From: Vicinamibacterales bacterium
Lineage (GTDB): Bacteria; Acidobacteriota; Vicinamibacteria; Vicinamibacterales; 2-12-FULL-66-21
DNA: 63,547 nt
Reading direction: 5' to 3'
Assembly (NCBI GenBank): GCA_051986585.1
Contig: JBPYFA010000293.1
Location: 1 to 63,547, forward strand
Shown: positions 34,550 to 44,528 of the stretch, piece after piece
How the letters are laid out: each line of letters opens with the position of its first letter
Numbering within the stretch: the stretch's first letter is position 1
Translations under genes and position numbers: made by a program
Notes under the pieces: generated by a model
The model's input: the letters and a program-made list of their open reading frames with translations, nothing else
What the model was told of the DNA's origin: nothing
Database searches by the model: none

Positions 34550-36181
34550 CTACTTCCTCGGCGCGAGCGAATCGATCGGTCCCTGGCGGAGTCGAACTGC
34601 CGTCACCGCACCGCTTGCGTCCTTCTGAAATTCCAGCGTGGCGTCGACGACCTTGTAGAAGAACAGCGTCTCTGATTCTGGAAAAATCGGAAACGCCGGC
34701 TGACCGGTCAACTGCGCCGCCAGCTGATTGCCCTGGAGCGTGATCGACAACTCGGCGTTGGACGGCATCTGATATGTGCCGACATAACGAGCGAGGGTCG
34801 TGGCCGGCAGCGTGGTTTCTTTGCGCTGCGTCGGCTCGACGACGGTGGCGCTTGTACGAGCCACTTTCCGTTCACGGCCGTTCTGGTACATCGCGGCGTG
34901 GCTGACCGCTCCGCTCGAATCCAGAAAGAATTCGAGCTGCGCGTCGACGACCTTGAGAAAGAACTTCGTCTCCGATTCCGCGAAGACTGGAATCTGCTGT
35001 TGACCGGTCAGCTGCGTTGTCAAATGATCGCCGACCAGCCGCATCATCATGTTGACGCCGGGCGCGAGTTCGTATGTGCCGACATATTTCGACAGCGTCG
35101 ACACCGGCAGCGTGATCTCCTTTCGGTCTGAGGTGAGTGTCACCGTGCCGCCGTGCGCCAGATCGCCCAATTTCCCGGCAATCTGATCTGGTGCATTGCC
35201 GTTGAGATTGGCGAGCACCGCGACCGTCGTCCTGGTGTCTGGATAGTAGGCAAGGAAAGTGTTGAAGCCCTCGATGCCGCCGCCATGCTGGACGACTTTT
35301 CGCCCGTTCGTGGTCTGCACCATCACGCCGAACGCATAGTCGTTCTTGAACGGCGTCGTCATCCTTGCAAGCGACGCGGCGGTGATCAGTTTGCCGCCGA
35401 ACAGGCCCTGCTCCCAGCGGAGCAGATCCTCGGTTGTGGAGTACAGCGCGCCGGCCGCGTGAGGGATGCTCATGTGAACAAACTCGGCATTCACCGGACC
35501 GGCCGGCGACGGCGCGTATCCGGCCGCGCGATGCAGGATGATGGCGGTGTTCGAGTCGTAGCCAGAGTCTTTCATCCCGAGCGGCGTGAAGATGTTGTCG
35601 GTCACGAACTTTTCGTAACTGCTGCCGGTGATCCGCTCGATCGTGTAACCGAGCACGAGGTAGCCGGAGTTGCTGTAGCTCATTCTTTCGCCCGGGGCGA
35701 AATCGAGCGGCTTGTCGCGCACGGTCGCGATCGTCTTCGCGACAGGCGTGTTCTCCAACTTCAACGACTTGTACTCAGGAAGGCTCGTGAAATTCGGAAT
35801 CCCGGACGTGTGCGTCAGGAGATGAAAAATCGTGATCTTCTCCCACGCTGCGGGTGCGTCGGGAATGTACTTTGAAATCGGGTCGTCGAGTTTCAACTTC
35901 CCGCGTTCTTCGAGCAGCAGGATCGACGCTGCCGTGAACTGCTTCGTGATCGAACCGAGCCGGAACTTCGTCGCCGGAGTGTTGGGAATGTCCCATTCGA
36001 GGTTGGCTGCCCCGTACCCTTTATTGAGAATGACATCGTTGCCGCGGGCGACGAGCACCGTGCCCATGAACGTCTTGTTCCGGACGTAGCTCTGAACGAC
36101 GTCGTCCATGCGCTGAACGTCCTGTGCCAGGCACGAGGTGGCGACGAAGAGGAGCAGGATCGCGTGTCGGATGGTTCTCAT
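34550..36181 (-). CDS. serine hydrolase (beta-lactamase/PBP4-like class C fold) with two C-terminal DUF3471-like repeats
   Basis: ATG 36181 gives the signal peptide MRTIRHAILLLFVATSCLAQ. The SxxK motif sits in FRLGSITKQFTAASIL. Two ~85-aa C-terminal repeats follow (LSKYVGTYEL.../LARYVGTYQM...). Confidence 0.85.
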   Translation of the reverse strand: MRTIRHAILLLFVATSCLAQDVQRMDDVVQSYVRNKTFMGTVLVARGNDVILNKGYGAANLEWDIPNTPATKFRLGSITKQFTAASILLLEERGKLKLDDPISKYIPDAPAAWEKITIFHLLTHTSGIPNFTSLPEYKSLKLENTPVAKTIATVRDKPLDFAPGERMSYSNSGYLVLGYTIERITGSSYEKFVTDNIFTPLGMKDSGYDSNTAIILHRAAGYAPSPAGPVNAEFVHMSIPHAAGALYSTTEDLLRWEQGLFGGKLITAASLARMTTPFKNDYAFGVMVQTTNGRKVVQHGGGIEGFNTFLAYYPDTRTTVAVLANLNGNAPDQIAGKLGDLAHGGTVTLTSDRKEITLPVSTLSKYVGTYELAPGVNMMMRLVGDHLTTQLTGQQQIPVFAESETKFFLKVVDAQLEFFLDSSGAVSHAAMYQNGRERKVARTSATVVEPTQRKETTLPATTLARYVGTYQMPSNAELSITLQGNQLAAQLTGQPAFPIFPESETLFFYKVVDATLEFQKDASGAVTAVRLRQGPIDSLAPRK

Positions 36182-36344
36182 GCGGAAGAGCTTACAGCAA
36201 TAACGGGTGGGTCCTGGGGAAGGAGCGCCGGGGAGCACTCGGCCTGAGCTTCGGAAGGCGAGCGCGGAATCAGTCCAGACTATGCCCGAGGAGCGGTAAT
36301 CGGCTACGATCGGAATTGCGGCCGGGTGGTTCGTGGGGTGCTTC

Positions 36345-37205
36345 ATGAAGAGCAGCGGCAGGCGGTGGGTCAGGATACTCGGCGCCATCATCGGCGCACT
36401 GGGCATCTCCGTCACTGCGGTTCAGGCGCAACGGATTTGGGCTGGTGGCTGGTTCAATCGGACGCCGCCGAGATTTCCCACTGCGACGACGTTCGACGGC
36501 AATTTTCATTTCTGCCGCATCATGTTCATGAGCGACCGGCGCGAGAAGCAGGGTTGGAGCACCGACTATCCTGGCGCCGACATCAATTTCAGCGTACGGC
36601 TTTCCGAGCTGACCAAAGTCCGCGTCACGCTGGCGCGCGATGGCGAAGAAGAAGTCCCCGACGCCGTCGTCGTCCGATTGACCGACGATGCGCTGTTTCA
36701 GTGCCCGTTCGCGTTGATGGAAGACGCCGGCACGGCGAGCTTTAGTGAGGCCGAGGTCCAGCGGCTCCGCGAATACCTCCTCAAGGGCGGCTTTCTCTTT
36801 GTGTCGGACTACCACGGGACCGCTGCCAGAGAGCAGTTCGACGAGGAGATCGGCCGCGCGCTACCACCGGACCGCTATCCTATCGTCGACCTGACGCCGC
36901 CGGATCACGACCATACGATCTGGCACAACATGTTCACCGTGTCACGCCTGCCGCAGATTGCGTCGATTCAGACGTGGCGGCGCACCGGCGGCAGCACGAT
37001 CGAGCGCTGGAACGAGAGCGCCGCCCCGCCAGACGCCCGCGGTATCGCCGATTCTCACGGTCGCCTGATGGTGCTGATGATCCACAACTCCGACATCCCG
37101 GACCCGTGGGAGCGCGAAGGCGAGGACACGGAGTACTTCTACAAGTTCTCGCCGGACGCCTATGCCGTCGGCATCGACATTCTGCTATACGCGATGACCC
37201 ACTGA
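36345..37205 (+). CDS. DUF4159-like exported protein
   Basis: The signal/anchor is MKSSGRRWVRILGAIIGALGISVTAVQA. Blocks FHFCRIMF, GWSTDYPGADINFS and CPFALMEDAGTASFSEAEVQRLREYLLKGGFLFVSDYHG are recognisable. Confidence 0.6.
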   Translation: MKSSGRRWVRILGAIIGALGISVTAVQAQRIWAGGWFNRTPPRFPTATTFDGNFHFCRIMFMSDRREKQGWSTDYPGADINFSVRLSELTKVRVTLARDGEEEVPDAVVVRLTDDALFQCPFALMEDAGTASFSEAEVQRLREYLLKGGFLFVSDYHGTAAREQFDEEIGRALPPDRYPIVDLTPPDHDHTIWHNMFTVSRLPQIASIQTWRRTGGSTIERWNESAAPPDARGIADSHGRLMVLMIHNSDIPDPWEREGEDTEYFYKFSPDAYAVGIDILLYAMTH

Positions 37206-37232
37206 CGGCTCGAGGTTACACTTAAACTCTCG

Positions 37233-38570
37233 ATGAGTCGTCCGCCGGGCGATGTTTCACTGCCCTCTCCGCGCGAGCGCTACGCGGCCGGTCAGCGCCT
37301 CCGTCAACGCGTGCCACGGCAGTCGCACGCAACGTGGACGCTCCTGACGCCGGCCGCCACCGACCGACTGCGCCCGATCTATCAAGTGAATCGCGACCGC
37401 TTGCCGCACTTGCTTCCGGAGAAATACAAGCGGATGCAGTCGTCGCCGTTTGCGTTCTTTCGCGGCTCCGCGGCGTTGATGGCCGCCGATCTCGCACGTA
37501 CTCCGAGGACCGGCGTGATGGTGCAGATCTGTGGCGACGCTCACGTGCGCAATCTTGGCGCCTACGCCGCGGTCGACGGTAGTTTGGTGTTCGACCTCAA
37601 CGACTTCGACGAGACGATTCCCGGCCCGTGGGAATGGGATGTGAAGCGTCTGGCCACCAGTTTGGTCCTCGCTGGGGAGGAATCCGGCCATTCACAGGCA
37701 CGCTGCGAGGCCAGCGTCAGGGCGTTCGTCCTGTCGTACCGCACGCATCTCCGGATATTCGGCAAAATGCGTTTCGCCAGGCTGGCCCGATATCTGATTA
37801 CACGCCAACGACGCAACCCGCTACTGGCCCAGATCTTTCGGGCGGCCGAACGCGTGACGCCGCTGCGTAATCTGGCGAAATTGACGGTCCAGCGGGCCGG
37901 ACGCGTCAGGTTTCATGATCATCCGCCTCTCTTGGAGCACATCTCGGCGCGGCTCGCCGCCGATGTCGTGCGCGCGCTTGGAAAATATGCGGAGACCTTG
38001 AATGCCAGTCGACGACGGACGTTCGAGCGATACCGGCCGGTGGACGTGGCGTTCAAACTGGTCGGCACGGGCAGCGTCGGCACGCGCGATTATGTCGTCC
38101 TGATGTTTGGTAATGGTCCGATCGACCCGCTATTCATCCAGGTGAAGCAGGAACTGCCGTCTTGCTACGCGCCGTACCTGCGTCTCAATCGCTCCGTGCG
38201 CCACCAGGGGCGACGCGTGGCCGAGGGGCAGCAGATGATGCAGACCTTGTCGGATCCGTTTCTCGGATACACGAGCTTTGGCGGACACCAATACCTGGTC
38301 AGGCAGTTGGCGGATCACAAAGCCGCTCTCGATCCGTCCGATTTCGACCGTCGAACGCTTCCCGAGTACGCGGCGCTGTGTGGGGAGGTCCTGGCCAAAG
38401 GCCACGCACGCACCGGTGACGCGGCCGTGCTGGCGGGATACGCGGGCCGTACGCCGCGGCTGGATCGAGCGATCGCGGCGTTTGCAGTGGCCTATGCGGA
38501 ACAGGTCAAGGCGGATTTCAAAGTCTTTCGCCAATCACAACGTCCGAAGTCGCGCTCGAGTCAACGCTGA
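37233..38570 (+). CDS. DUF2252 domain protein
   Basis: Recognisable blocks are MQSSPFAFFRGSAALMAADLA and ICGDAHVRNLGAYAAVDGSLVFDLNDFDET. Confidence 0.7.
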   Translation: MSRPPGDVSLPSPRERYAAGQRLRQRVPRQSHATWTLLTPAATDRLRPIYQVNRDRLPHLLPEKYKRMQSSPFAFFRGSAALMAADLARTPRTGVMVQICGDAHVRNLGAYAAVDGSLVFDLNDFDETIPGPWEWDVKRLATSLVLAGEESGHSQARCEASVRAFVLSYRTHLRIFGKMRFARLARYLITRQRRNPLLAQIFRAAERVTPLRNLAKLTVQRAGRVRFHDHPPLLEHISARLAADVVRALGKYAETLNASRRRTFERYRPVDVAFKLVGTGSVGTRDYVVLMFGNGPIDPLFIQVKQELPSCYAPYLRLNRSVRHQGRRVAEGQQMMQTLSDPFLGYTSFGGHQYLVRQLADHKAALDPSDFDRRTLPEYAALCGEVLAKGHARTGDAAVLAGYAGRTPRLDRAIAAFAVAYAEQVKADFKVFRQSQRPKSRSSQR

Positions 38571-38581
38571 GGCGTTCCGTT

Positions 38582-39571
38582 GTGACACGATATCCTATGG
38601 CCACACCCGATCTCGTCGTCCTGTACGAACACCCGGAGTGGCAAAAGCCGCTGTTTGCCGCGCTCGAGCGTCGCGGCGTCTCGTACGAGCGTTTCAACGT
38701 CAGCGAGGCCGCGTTCAGCAACCGGGATGCCCCGGCAGCACCTCTCTACTTCAACCAGGCAAGTCCAAGCGCGTATATTCGAGGCCACGCTCGCGCTGTG
38801 CCACTCGCGCTCGCCTACATGCGATCCCTGGAGCGTCAAGGTGCGCGCGTGCTCAATGGGGCCGACGTCTTTGCGCTCGAATTGAGCAAGAGCGCGCAGG
38901 CGACGCTGCTGCGGACGCTCGGCATCGACACGCCTTTTTCGATCACCTTCAACGACGTCGGCGCGCTCGGCCGCGCGATACCCGCGCAGATGCGTTGGCC
39001 GGCGCTGCTCAAGCCGGATCAGGGCGGCAGCGGCGCTCGAATCCAGGTCGTCTCTTCTATGGCGGAGACCGAGGCCGTCTTCAAGAGCGATCCGAACGTG
39101 TGGCTTCCGGACAATCTGTTCTTGCTGCAGGAATTTCTTCCCCACGATCCCGATCAGGGCATCGTGCGCATGGAGTTTCTGGGCGGTGAACTCCTGTACG
39201 CGATGCGCGTGAAGACGCACGGCCGTTTCAATTTGTGTCCGTCGCCCGTCTGTAATCCCGAAGAGGGCGAAGGGGCGTGCGAGGTGCCGGCGCCGGAAAC
39301 AGTGCCTTCGCCGCCGGTCGAGTTCTATCCGTACCTCGAAGTGCCACGCGAAGCTGTCGAGATTGGCAAACGCATCGTCCGGGCAGCCCGCCTCGACGTC
39401 GGCGGCATCGAGTATCTGGAAACCGATGACGGGCGCCGTGTGTTTTACGACATCAACGCCAACTCGAATCTCCGGCCATCGGTCGCCGCGGCGTGGGGTG
39501 TCGATCCGTTCGATCGCGTCGTCGATTTCCTGGTGGAACAGCTCGTCGGTGCGGAATCGTCGCGCGCGTGA
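38582..39571 (+). CDS. ATP-grasp family ligase (RimK-like)
   Basis: Recognisable blocks are WPALLKPDQGGSGARIQVV, LLQEFLPHD..GIVRMEFLGGELLYAMRV and DVGGIEYLETDDGRRVFYDINANSN. The start is GTG 38582 or ATG 38597. Confidence 0.75.
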   Translation: MTRYPMATPDLVVLYEHPEWQKPLFAALERRGVSYERFNVSEAAFSNRDAPAAPLYFNQASPSAYIRGHARAVPLALAYMRSLERQGARVLNGADVFALELSKSAQATLLRTLGIDTPFSITFNDVGALGRAIPAQMRWPALLKPDQGGSGARIQVVSSMAETEAVFKSDPNVWLPDNLFLLQEFLPHDPDQGIVRMEFLGGELLYAMRVKTHGRFNLCPSPVCNPEEGEGACEVPAPETVPSPPVEFYPYLEVPREAVEIGKRIVRAARLDVGGIEYLETDDGRRVFYDINANSNLRPSVAAAWGVDPFDRVVDFLVEQLVGAESSRA

Positions 39572-39595
39572 GATGCCCCAGACGTGGAGATTCAC

Positions 39596-40531
39596 ATGAC
39601 TACGCAGGAAAGTCCTTTCTCCCAGGACGCGATCTCGACCAATCAGAGCGGACGGCTGACCGAAGATCAATCGCGACGGTGGACGCAAATCGCAAAGAAT
39701 CGCCGCGACAGTGTCCGCGGCGTCGCCTATGTCTTTGCCGGCCTCGGCGCATTTCTGTTGTTTGCGACTGGTCCGGCAGAGAGCGCGACGCTGAGAGCCA
39801 ACGGCGGTCTTGCGTTCCTCGGCTTCGCCATCGTCTTGTTTGTCGGCGTCAGCCTGGAGCCGGTCAATGCCGACGTGCGCGAGGGCCGTGTCGAATCGGT
39901 CGAAGGCGCGATCGCCAAGGGAAGAACCTATTTCGGGAGGGGCGGGTCGCGGAGTTCGTATCACTATTTCGACATTGCAGGCCGTCGCCTTTGGGCGTCG
40001 ACGGCGGCCCATAAGGCCGCGCCGTCTGCCGGCTATGTCCGCGCCTACTTCCTCCCGCGCAGCCGTCGCGTCGTCAACCTGGAGGAGCTACCCGATCCGA
40101 CGGTTCCGACGGGTTCGGGTGCGGCACAAGAGATTGTCTTGGACTACGCGCGTGCGCTCGGAAGCTTCGATCGGACGAAGATCGCCGAAGCGAGCGCGCG
40201 CGTCATGGCTCTGAAACATATCGTGGAAGGACCGCCGCCGCACGCTGCGGCGGATGGACGCGATGGTGCGCGATCGCGCCTCCGAGCCGACGACTTGTAT
40301 GGCACCTGGACCAATCCCATGTTCACGGTCGCGTTCATGAAGAACGGCATCGCCACGTTGACCATGGCGATCGGCGGAACTCGTCGCGATGGCCACTGGT
40401 CCGTCGATGCGAACGGACGGCTGTTGACCGACGCCTCGGGCACGCTCGAGCCAGTCGAAGCGTCGCTCGAAGGACGACAGCTGACGATTACCATCGAAGG
40501 ACAGCGAGTGATGTTGACCCGTTCGTCCTGA
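39596..40531 (+). CDS. hypothetical membrane protein (2 TM)
   Basis: ATG 39596 has GGAGA 5 nt upstream. The TM pair is GVAYVFAGLGAFLLFATG / GGLAFLGFAIVLFVGVSL. I recognise no family. Confidence 0.6.
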   Translation: MTTQESPFSQDAISTNQSGRLTEDQSRRWTQIAKNRRDSVRGVAYVFAGLGAFLLFATGPAESATLRANGGLAFLGFAIVLFVGVSLEPVNADVREGRVESVEGAIAKGRTYFGRGGSRSSYHYFDIAGRRLWASTAAHKAAPSAGYVRAYFLPRSRRVVNLEELPDPTVPTGSGAAQEIVLDYARALGSFDRTKIAEASARVMALKHIVEGPPPHAAADGRDGARSRLRADDLYGTWTNPMFTVAFMKNGIATLTMAIGGTRRDGHWSVDANGRLLTDASGTLEPVEASLEGRQLTITIEGQRVMLTRSS

Positions 40532-40546
40532 GCAGCCGCTCGCAGA

Positions 40547-40574
40547 GGTCAGCGCATCACGGTCAGCGCATCAC
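40547..40574. repeat. perfect 14-bp tandem duplication
   Basis: GGTCAGCGCATCAC occurs twice back to back (40547-40560 and 40561-40574). Confidence 0.9.
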
Positions 40575-40575
40575 G

Positions 40576-40604
40576 TTGACATCACCGCCAGCGCGCATTA
40601 CTGT
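40576..40604 (+). promoter_or_regulatory. sigma-70-like promoter candidate for the ankyrin gene
   Basis: TTGACA, a 17-nt spacer and TACTGT lie about 130 nt upstream of ATG 40734. Confidence 0.3.
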
Positions 40605-40733
40605 GAAGCTGTGCGCTGAAGGGCGCCAGCGGGTTCGCGCGAAGGGCCAAGCCCACCGTCATCTCTTCACTAACGGCTACGACACCGCCGTGCTGCCTGT
40701 CTGCGAACCACAGGGCTGAAGCATGGAGGTTGT

Positions 40734-42308
40734 ATGCCGTCCCGCGAACTGCCCGCCCATCCGAATCTCGAACAACTGAAGAAGCAGGCCAAATCGCTCC
40801 TTGCCGCCGCGAAGGCGCGAGACATGGAAGCGCTGCAGCGATTCGCCGCGCTGCCTGCATTTGCCAGCAGGCCGGTCGAAGCGATTGCCGATGTCGATCT
40901 GGCACTGCATGACGCGCAATCGGTGATCGCCCGCGAGCACGGGTTCGCGTCGTGGAACGCATTGCGCGACGAGGTCGAGTCGCGCACGCTGTCGTTTGAC
41001 GCCGCGCTTGACGAATTCATTCGTTGTGCGACTGGTGGCGCAACCGGCCGCGCGGAACGGCTGCTCGCGCTGTATCCAGGGATCGCGTCCGCGACGCTGC
41101 ACACCGCGCTTGTGCTTGGCGATGATGCGGCGGTTGAAGAGCGGCTGAAAAGCAATCCGCAACTCGCACAACAGCCGGGCGGGCCGCAGGACTGGGAGCC
41201 GCTGCTCTACGCGTGTCACACGTCAATGCTCAAGAGCAATCCGGCGCGGCTCGACGGACTGGTGGCGATTGCTCGCCGTCTCTGCGCGCTGGGGGCGAAT
41301 CCAAACGCGGAGTACCACTGGAACTGGCATCCTGAACTCCCGCGCACGGCGTTGTGGGCCGCCGTCTGCACCGTCGGACACTTGCCGCTCGCGCAGGTGT
41401 TGCTCGAGGCTGGCGCCAATCCTACTGACGGGGTCACTTCACATATTGCCGGAGGAGGCGGCAATCTGGATGCGCTCGAATTGCTTCATCGATACGGTTT
41501 GAACGTGAACGGGATTCCAGGCGGTGTCCCGCCGCTCGTCTACATGATGACGTGGGCTGACAATCCAGCCGGTCCGTACTGGCTGCTCGATCATGGCGCC
41601 GACGCCAATCTCGCCTGGGGCGACGCCGGCGAAGCGCCGTTGCATGTCGCCGCGCGTCGCTGGGACGTGCCGATGGTGCAGCGGCTCGTCGATTGCGGCG
41701 CGGACGTTTCCCGCCGACGTGCCGATGGAGCAACTCCGCACACCGTCGCCGAGCTGCAAGGCAATCGCGACGTCGCAGCCTGGCTGCTCGCACACGGCGC
41801 GGTCGATGAATTGTCGACCCTTGAACGATTCATTGCCGCTTGCGCGCGGGCGGACCGGAGATCGGCCGACGCGTTGCTGGCGGCTCACCCCGGCCTCCGA
41901 TCCGAACTGCAACCAGAGCATCACCTCATGCTTCATCGTCCTGCGGAAAGCGGTAACGCTGCCGTGCTCGAGACGATGCTCGCTTGTGGATTCGATCCGG
42001 AAGCGACGGACAAAGATGGCGTGACGCCGCTGCATCGTGCCGCCATGGGTGGCCACGTCGAGGCGGTTCGTGTGTTGCTACAGCATGGTGCTGACGTCAA
42101 TGCGCAGGACGGAATGTTCTCGGCGTCCCCGTTGGTATGGGCCGTCGAAGGGCGGAGAAACGCCAAACATCGCGATGCCGACCATGTTGGCGTTGCCCGA
42201 GTGCTGATCGCGGCCGGCTCCCCGCTCGAATGGATTCCACCGGCAGGCGCGCCAGACATCGAGAGCACTCAGGATGCATTGACGCAGCTCCGGCGCGACG
42301 CTCGGTAA
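40734..42308 (+). CDS. ankyrin-repeat protein
   Basis: Multiple ANK units are present, for example DGVTPLHRAAMGGHVEAVRVLLQHGADVNAQD, GEAPLHVAARRWDVPMVQRLVDCGADV and DGATPHTVAELQGNRDVAAWLLAHGA. Confidence 0.9.
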   Translation: MPSRELPAHPNLEQLKKQAKSLLAAAKARDMEALQRFAALPAFASRPVEAIADVDLALHDAQSVIAREHGFASWNALRDEVESRTLSFDAALDEFIRCATGGATGRAERLLALYPGIASATLHTALVLGDDAAVEERLKSNPQLAQQPGGPQDWEPLLYACHTSMLKSNPARLDGLVAIARRLCALGANPNAEYHWNWHPELPRTALWAAVCTVGHLPLAQVLLEAGANPTDGVTSHIAGGGGNLDALELLHRYGLNVNGIPGGVPPLVYMMTWADNPAGPYWLLDHGADANLAWGDAGEAPLHVAARRWDVPMVQRLVDCGADVSRRRADGATPHTVAELQGNRDVAAWLLAHGAVDELSTLERFIAACARADRRSADALLAAHPGLRSELQPEHHLMLHRPAESGNAAVLETMLACGFDPEATDKDGVTPLHRAAMGGHVEAVRVLLQHGADVNAQDGMFSASPLVWAVEGRRNAKHRDADHVGVARVLIAAGSPLEWIPPAGAPDIESTQDALTQLRRDAR

Positions 42309-42497
42309 AACCCGGGGAGCAGCCACGAATTGTCGTGGGTGATCTGAGCGGCCGCAACCTCAGCTGCATGGTCATGATCCACCGATTGAGCGGAGGCGTC
42401 GGCAGCGCTAGACTGATCGTCTGCGCTGAAGGTTGACGTCTTGGAAATTCCACATCGACGAACTCAGACATCCATCAAAAAAAGCAGGAGGTAGCTC

Positions 42498-42902
42498 ATG
42501 GGCCTGAGAGACACGTACGCGTATGCGATTCAGACCGCCAAGGGCAAGTTCCAGGGCAACGCCGAAGAGCGTGAAGGGAAGCTCTATTTCAAAGGCAGCG
42601 TCGCGACCGAAGCGGAGAAGAACGAAATCTGGAATGCGATCAAGACGATTCCCACCTGGCAAAAGGATGTCGTCGCCGATATTCAGGTGACTGGCGGATC
42701 GGGCGGCGGCGGAACCGCCACGGCGACCGCAACCGCCACCGCCGGGAAGACCTACACGGTCAAGGCCGGCGATACGCTGAGCAAGATCGCGAAGGAATAT
42801 CTGGGCAATGCCAACGCCTACATGAAAATCTTCGAGGCGAACCAGGATCAGTTGAGCGATCCAGACAAGATCAGGCCTGGTCAGGTACTGCGATTACCGT
42901 AA
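42498..42902 (+). CDS. BON-like/LysM peptidoglycan-binding protein (YgaU/Kbp-like)
   Basis: A strong SD (AGGAGG) precedes the ATG. The C-terminal LysM domain reads [50 protein letters not shown] Gly/Thr-Ala linker is present. Confidence 0.85.
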   Translation: MGLRDTYAYAIQTAKGKFQGNAEEREGKLYFKGSVATEAEKNEIWNAIKTIPTWQKDVVADIQVTGGSGGGGTATATATATAGKTYTVKAGDTLSKIAKEYLGNANAYMKIFEANQDQLSDPDKIRPGQVLRLP

Positions 42903-42930
42903 CCGAACGACGTGGCATCAATCCTCAGCC

Positions 42931-42964
42931 GAGGGCCGGTGATCCGCCGGCCCTCTTTTTCTTT
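42931..42964 (+). terminator. rho-independent terminator after the LysM gene
   Basis: The stem GAGGGCCGG (42931-42939) / CCGGCCCTC (42947-42955) is followed by TTTTTCTTT. Confidence 0.75.
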
Positions 42965-43100
42965 GTGGCCTCCTCGCGCGCACCCCAACCGATTCCGCTG
43001 GTGAAGGACGTCGGACGCGATTTAGGATCGGATATCCGGTCAAGGAATGCATCTTGCTGCGCCAGAGATCTCCTCACACGACCGCAGAAGGAGAGCAGTC

Positions 43101-44519
43101 ATGGCAACCACCACCGCACCGCCGCGCACAGCGGTTTTGGCGGCGATCGTGTCGATCTGTGTGACGAGCCTGGTCGCGCAGACCGAAATAAAGCTCCCGA
43201 AGAACCGATTTACTCCGCAGCAGGACGTGGAACTGGGCCGCGAGGCCGCTGCCGAAGTGCGGAAGCAGTACCCGATCATTCAGGACGAGAAGATCGCGAG
43301 CTACTTGACCAGACTTGGCGATCGCCTCGTGGCGGCGGCGCCCGCCGAACTGAAACAGCCAGTCTACGAATATTCGTTCACGCCGGTGAACGTCAAAGAG
43401 ATCAATGCGTTTGCGCTCCCGGGCGGGCCGATGTTCGTGAACCGGGGCATGTTCGATGCCGCGGAATCAGAGGGAGAAGTCGTCGGTGTGATGGCGCACG
43501 AGCTCTCGCACGTGCTGCTTCGACACGGCACCGCGAACATGTCAAAGGCGCAGAACCCGTGGCTCCAGCTCGGGCAGCTTGCTGGCGCGGTCGGTGGCGC
43601 GGTCGTGGGAGGAGCGGCGGGATCGGCGATTACCCAAGGCAGTCAGCTTGGCCTCGGCTCCTTGCTCCTGAGATACAGCCGCGATTTCGAGAAGCAGGCG
43701 GACCTTCTCGGTTCCCAGATGATGGCGCGCGCGGGCTACGATCCGCGGGCCCTGGCGCATATGTTTCAGACGATCGAGGCTGAGTCGAAGGGGGCCGGCG
43801 GCACACCGCAGTGGTTGAGCAGCCATCCGAATCCAGGCAATCGTACGCAATACATCAACAAAGAAGCGGACACGTTGACGGTTGCAAAGCCGGCCGACAT
43901 GAGCAGCTTTGAGCCGATTAAGACTGCCTTCGCGTCGCTCCCTCCGGGGAAATCGATGGCGGAAGTGGAGAAAGGTGCGGCAGGCTCGGGCGGCGGCGAG
44001 CCGGCCTCAGTCGGCACGCCAGGACAACCGGTGCCGCAGCCTTCTGCGCAGTATCGGGAGATTAGCGGGGGTAAAGTCTTTCAGGCAGCGGTTCCGACGA
44101 ACTGGACGACGCTCTCGGCGAACAACTCGATCAAAGTGGTTCCTCAAAACGGCTACGGCCAGGTCAACGGTCAGACGATCTTCAGCCACGGTGTCGAATT
44201 CGGCATCGTAAAAGCATCCTCGCGAGACTTGAAGGCAGCTACGAACGAGTGGCTGAAAGCGGTCGCCCAGGGTAACCCTGAGCTAAAACTCGCGGGAGAG
44301 CAGCAGCCGGTTCGGATCTCTCAGCGGTCGGGCCTGGCGACGCCACTCATAAACCCGTCGCCGCTCGGTGGCAGCGAGCACATCGGTGTTTACACGACGT
44401 TCCTTGCGAATGGGACGCTGTTCTACTACTTGACCGTCGCACAGGAGAAAGATGCGCAGGCGTTCGAGGAGACGTTCCGCAAAATCGGCGAATCGATCAG
44501 GTTGGCCGAGGCGCGCTGA
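43101..44519 (+). CDS. M48 family zinc metallopeptidase (exported)
   Basis: ATG 43101 has AAGGAGAG upstream. The signal peptide is MATTTAPPRTAVLAAIVSICVTSLVAQ. Motifs INAFALPGGPMFVNRG, HELSHVLLRHG and LSSHPNPGNR are present. Confidence 0.85.
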   Translation: MATTTAPPRTAVLAAIVSICVTSLVAQTEIKLPKNRFTPQQDVELGREAAAEVRKQYPIIQDEKIASYLTRLGDRLVAAAPAELKQPVYEYSFTPVNVKEINAFALPGGPMFVNRGMFDAAESEGEVVGVMAHELSHVLLRHGTANMSKAQNPWLQLGQLAGAVGGAVVGGAAGSAITQGSQLGLGSLLLRYSRDFEKQADLLGSQMMARAGYDPRALAHMFQTIEAESKGAGGTPQWLSSHPNPGNRTQYINKEADTLTVAKPADMSSFEPIKTAFASLPPGKSMAEVEKGAAGSGGGEPASVGTPGQPVPQPSAQYREISGGKVFQAAVPTNWTTLSANNSIKVVPQNGYGQVNGQTIFSHGVEFGIVKASSRDLKAATNEWLKAVAQGNPELKLAGEQQPVRISQRSGLATPLINPSPLGGSEHIGVYTTFLANGTLFYYLTVAQEKDAQAFEETFRKIGESIRLAEAR

Positions 44520-44528
44520 CCCGCGCGC
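44509..44528. terminator. short GC hairpin between the convergent M48 and PPK2 genes
   Basis: GGCGCGC (44509-44515) and GCGCGCC (44522-44528) form a stem that spans both stop codons. There is no T-run. Confidence 0.25.

Noticed and set aside
42690-42745. DNA repeat (GGC/ACC-GCC runs) inside the LysM gene
   Set aside because: It encodes an in-frame Gly-rich and Thr-Ala linker ([17 protein letters not shown]) between two domains. It is a coding low-complexity linker, not an independent repeat element.
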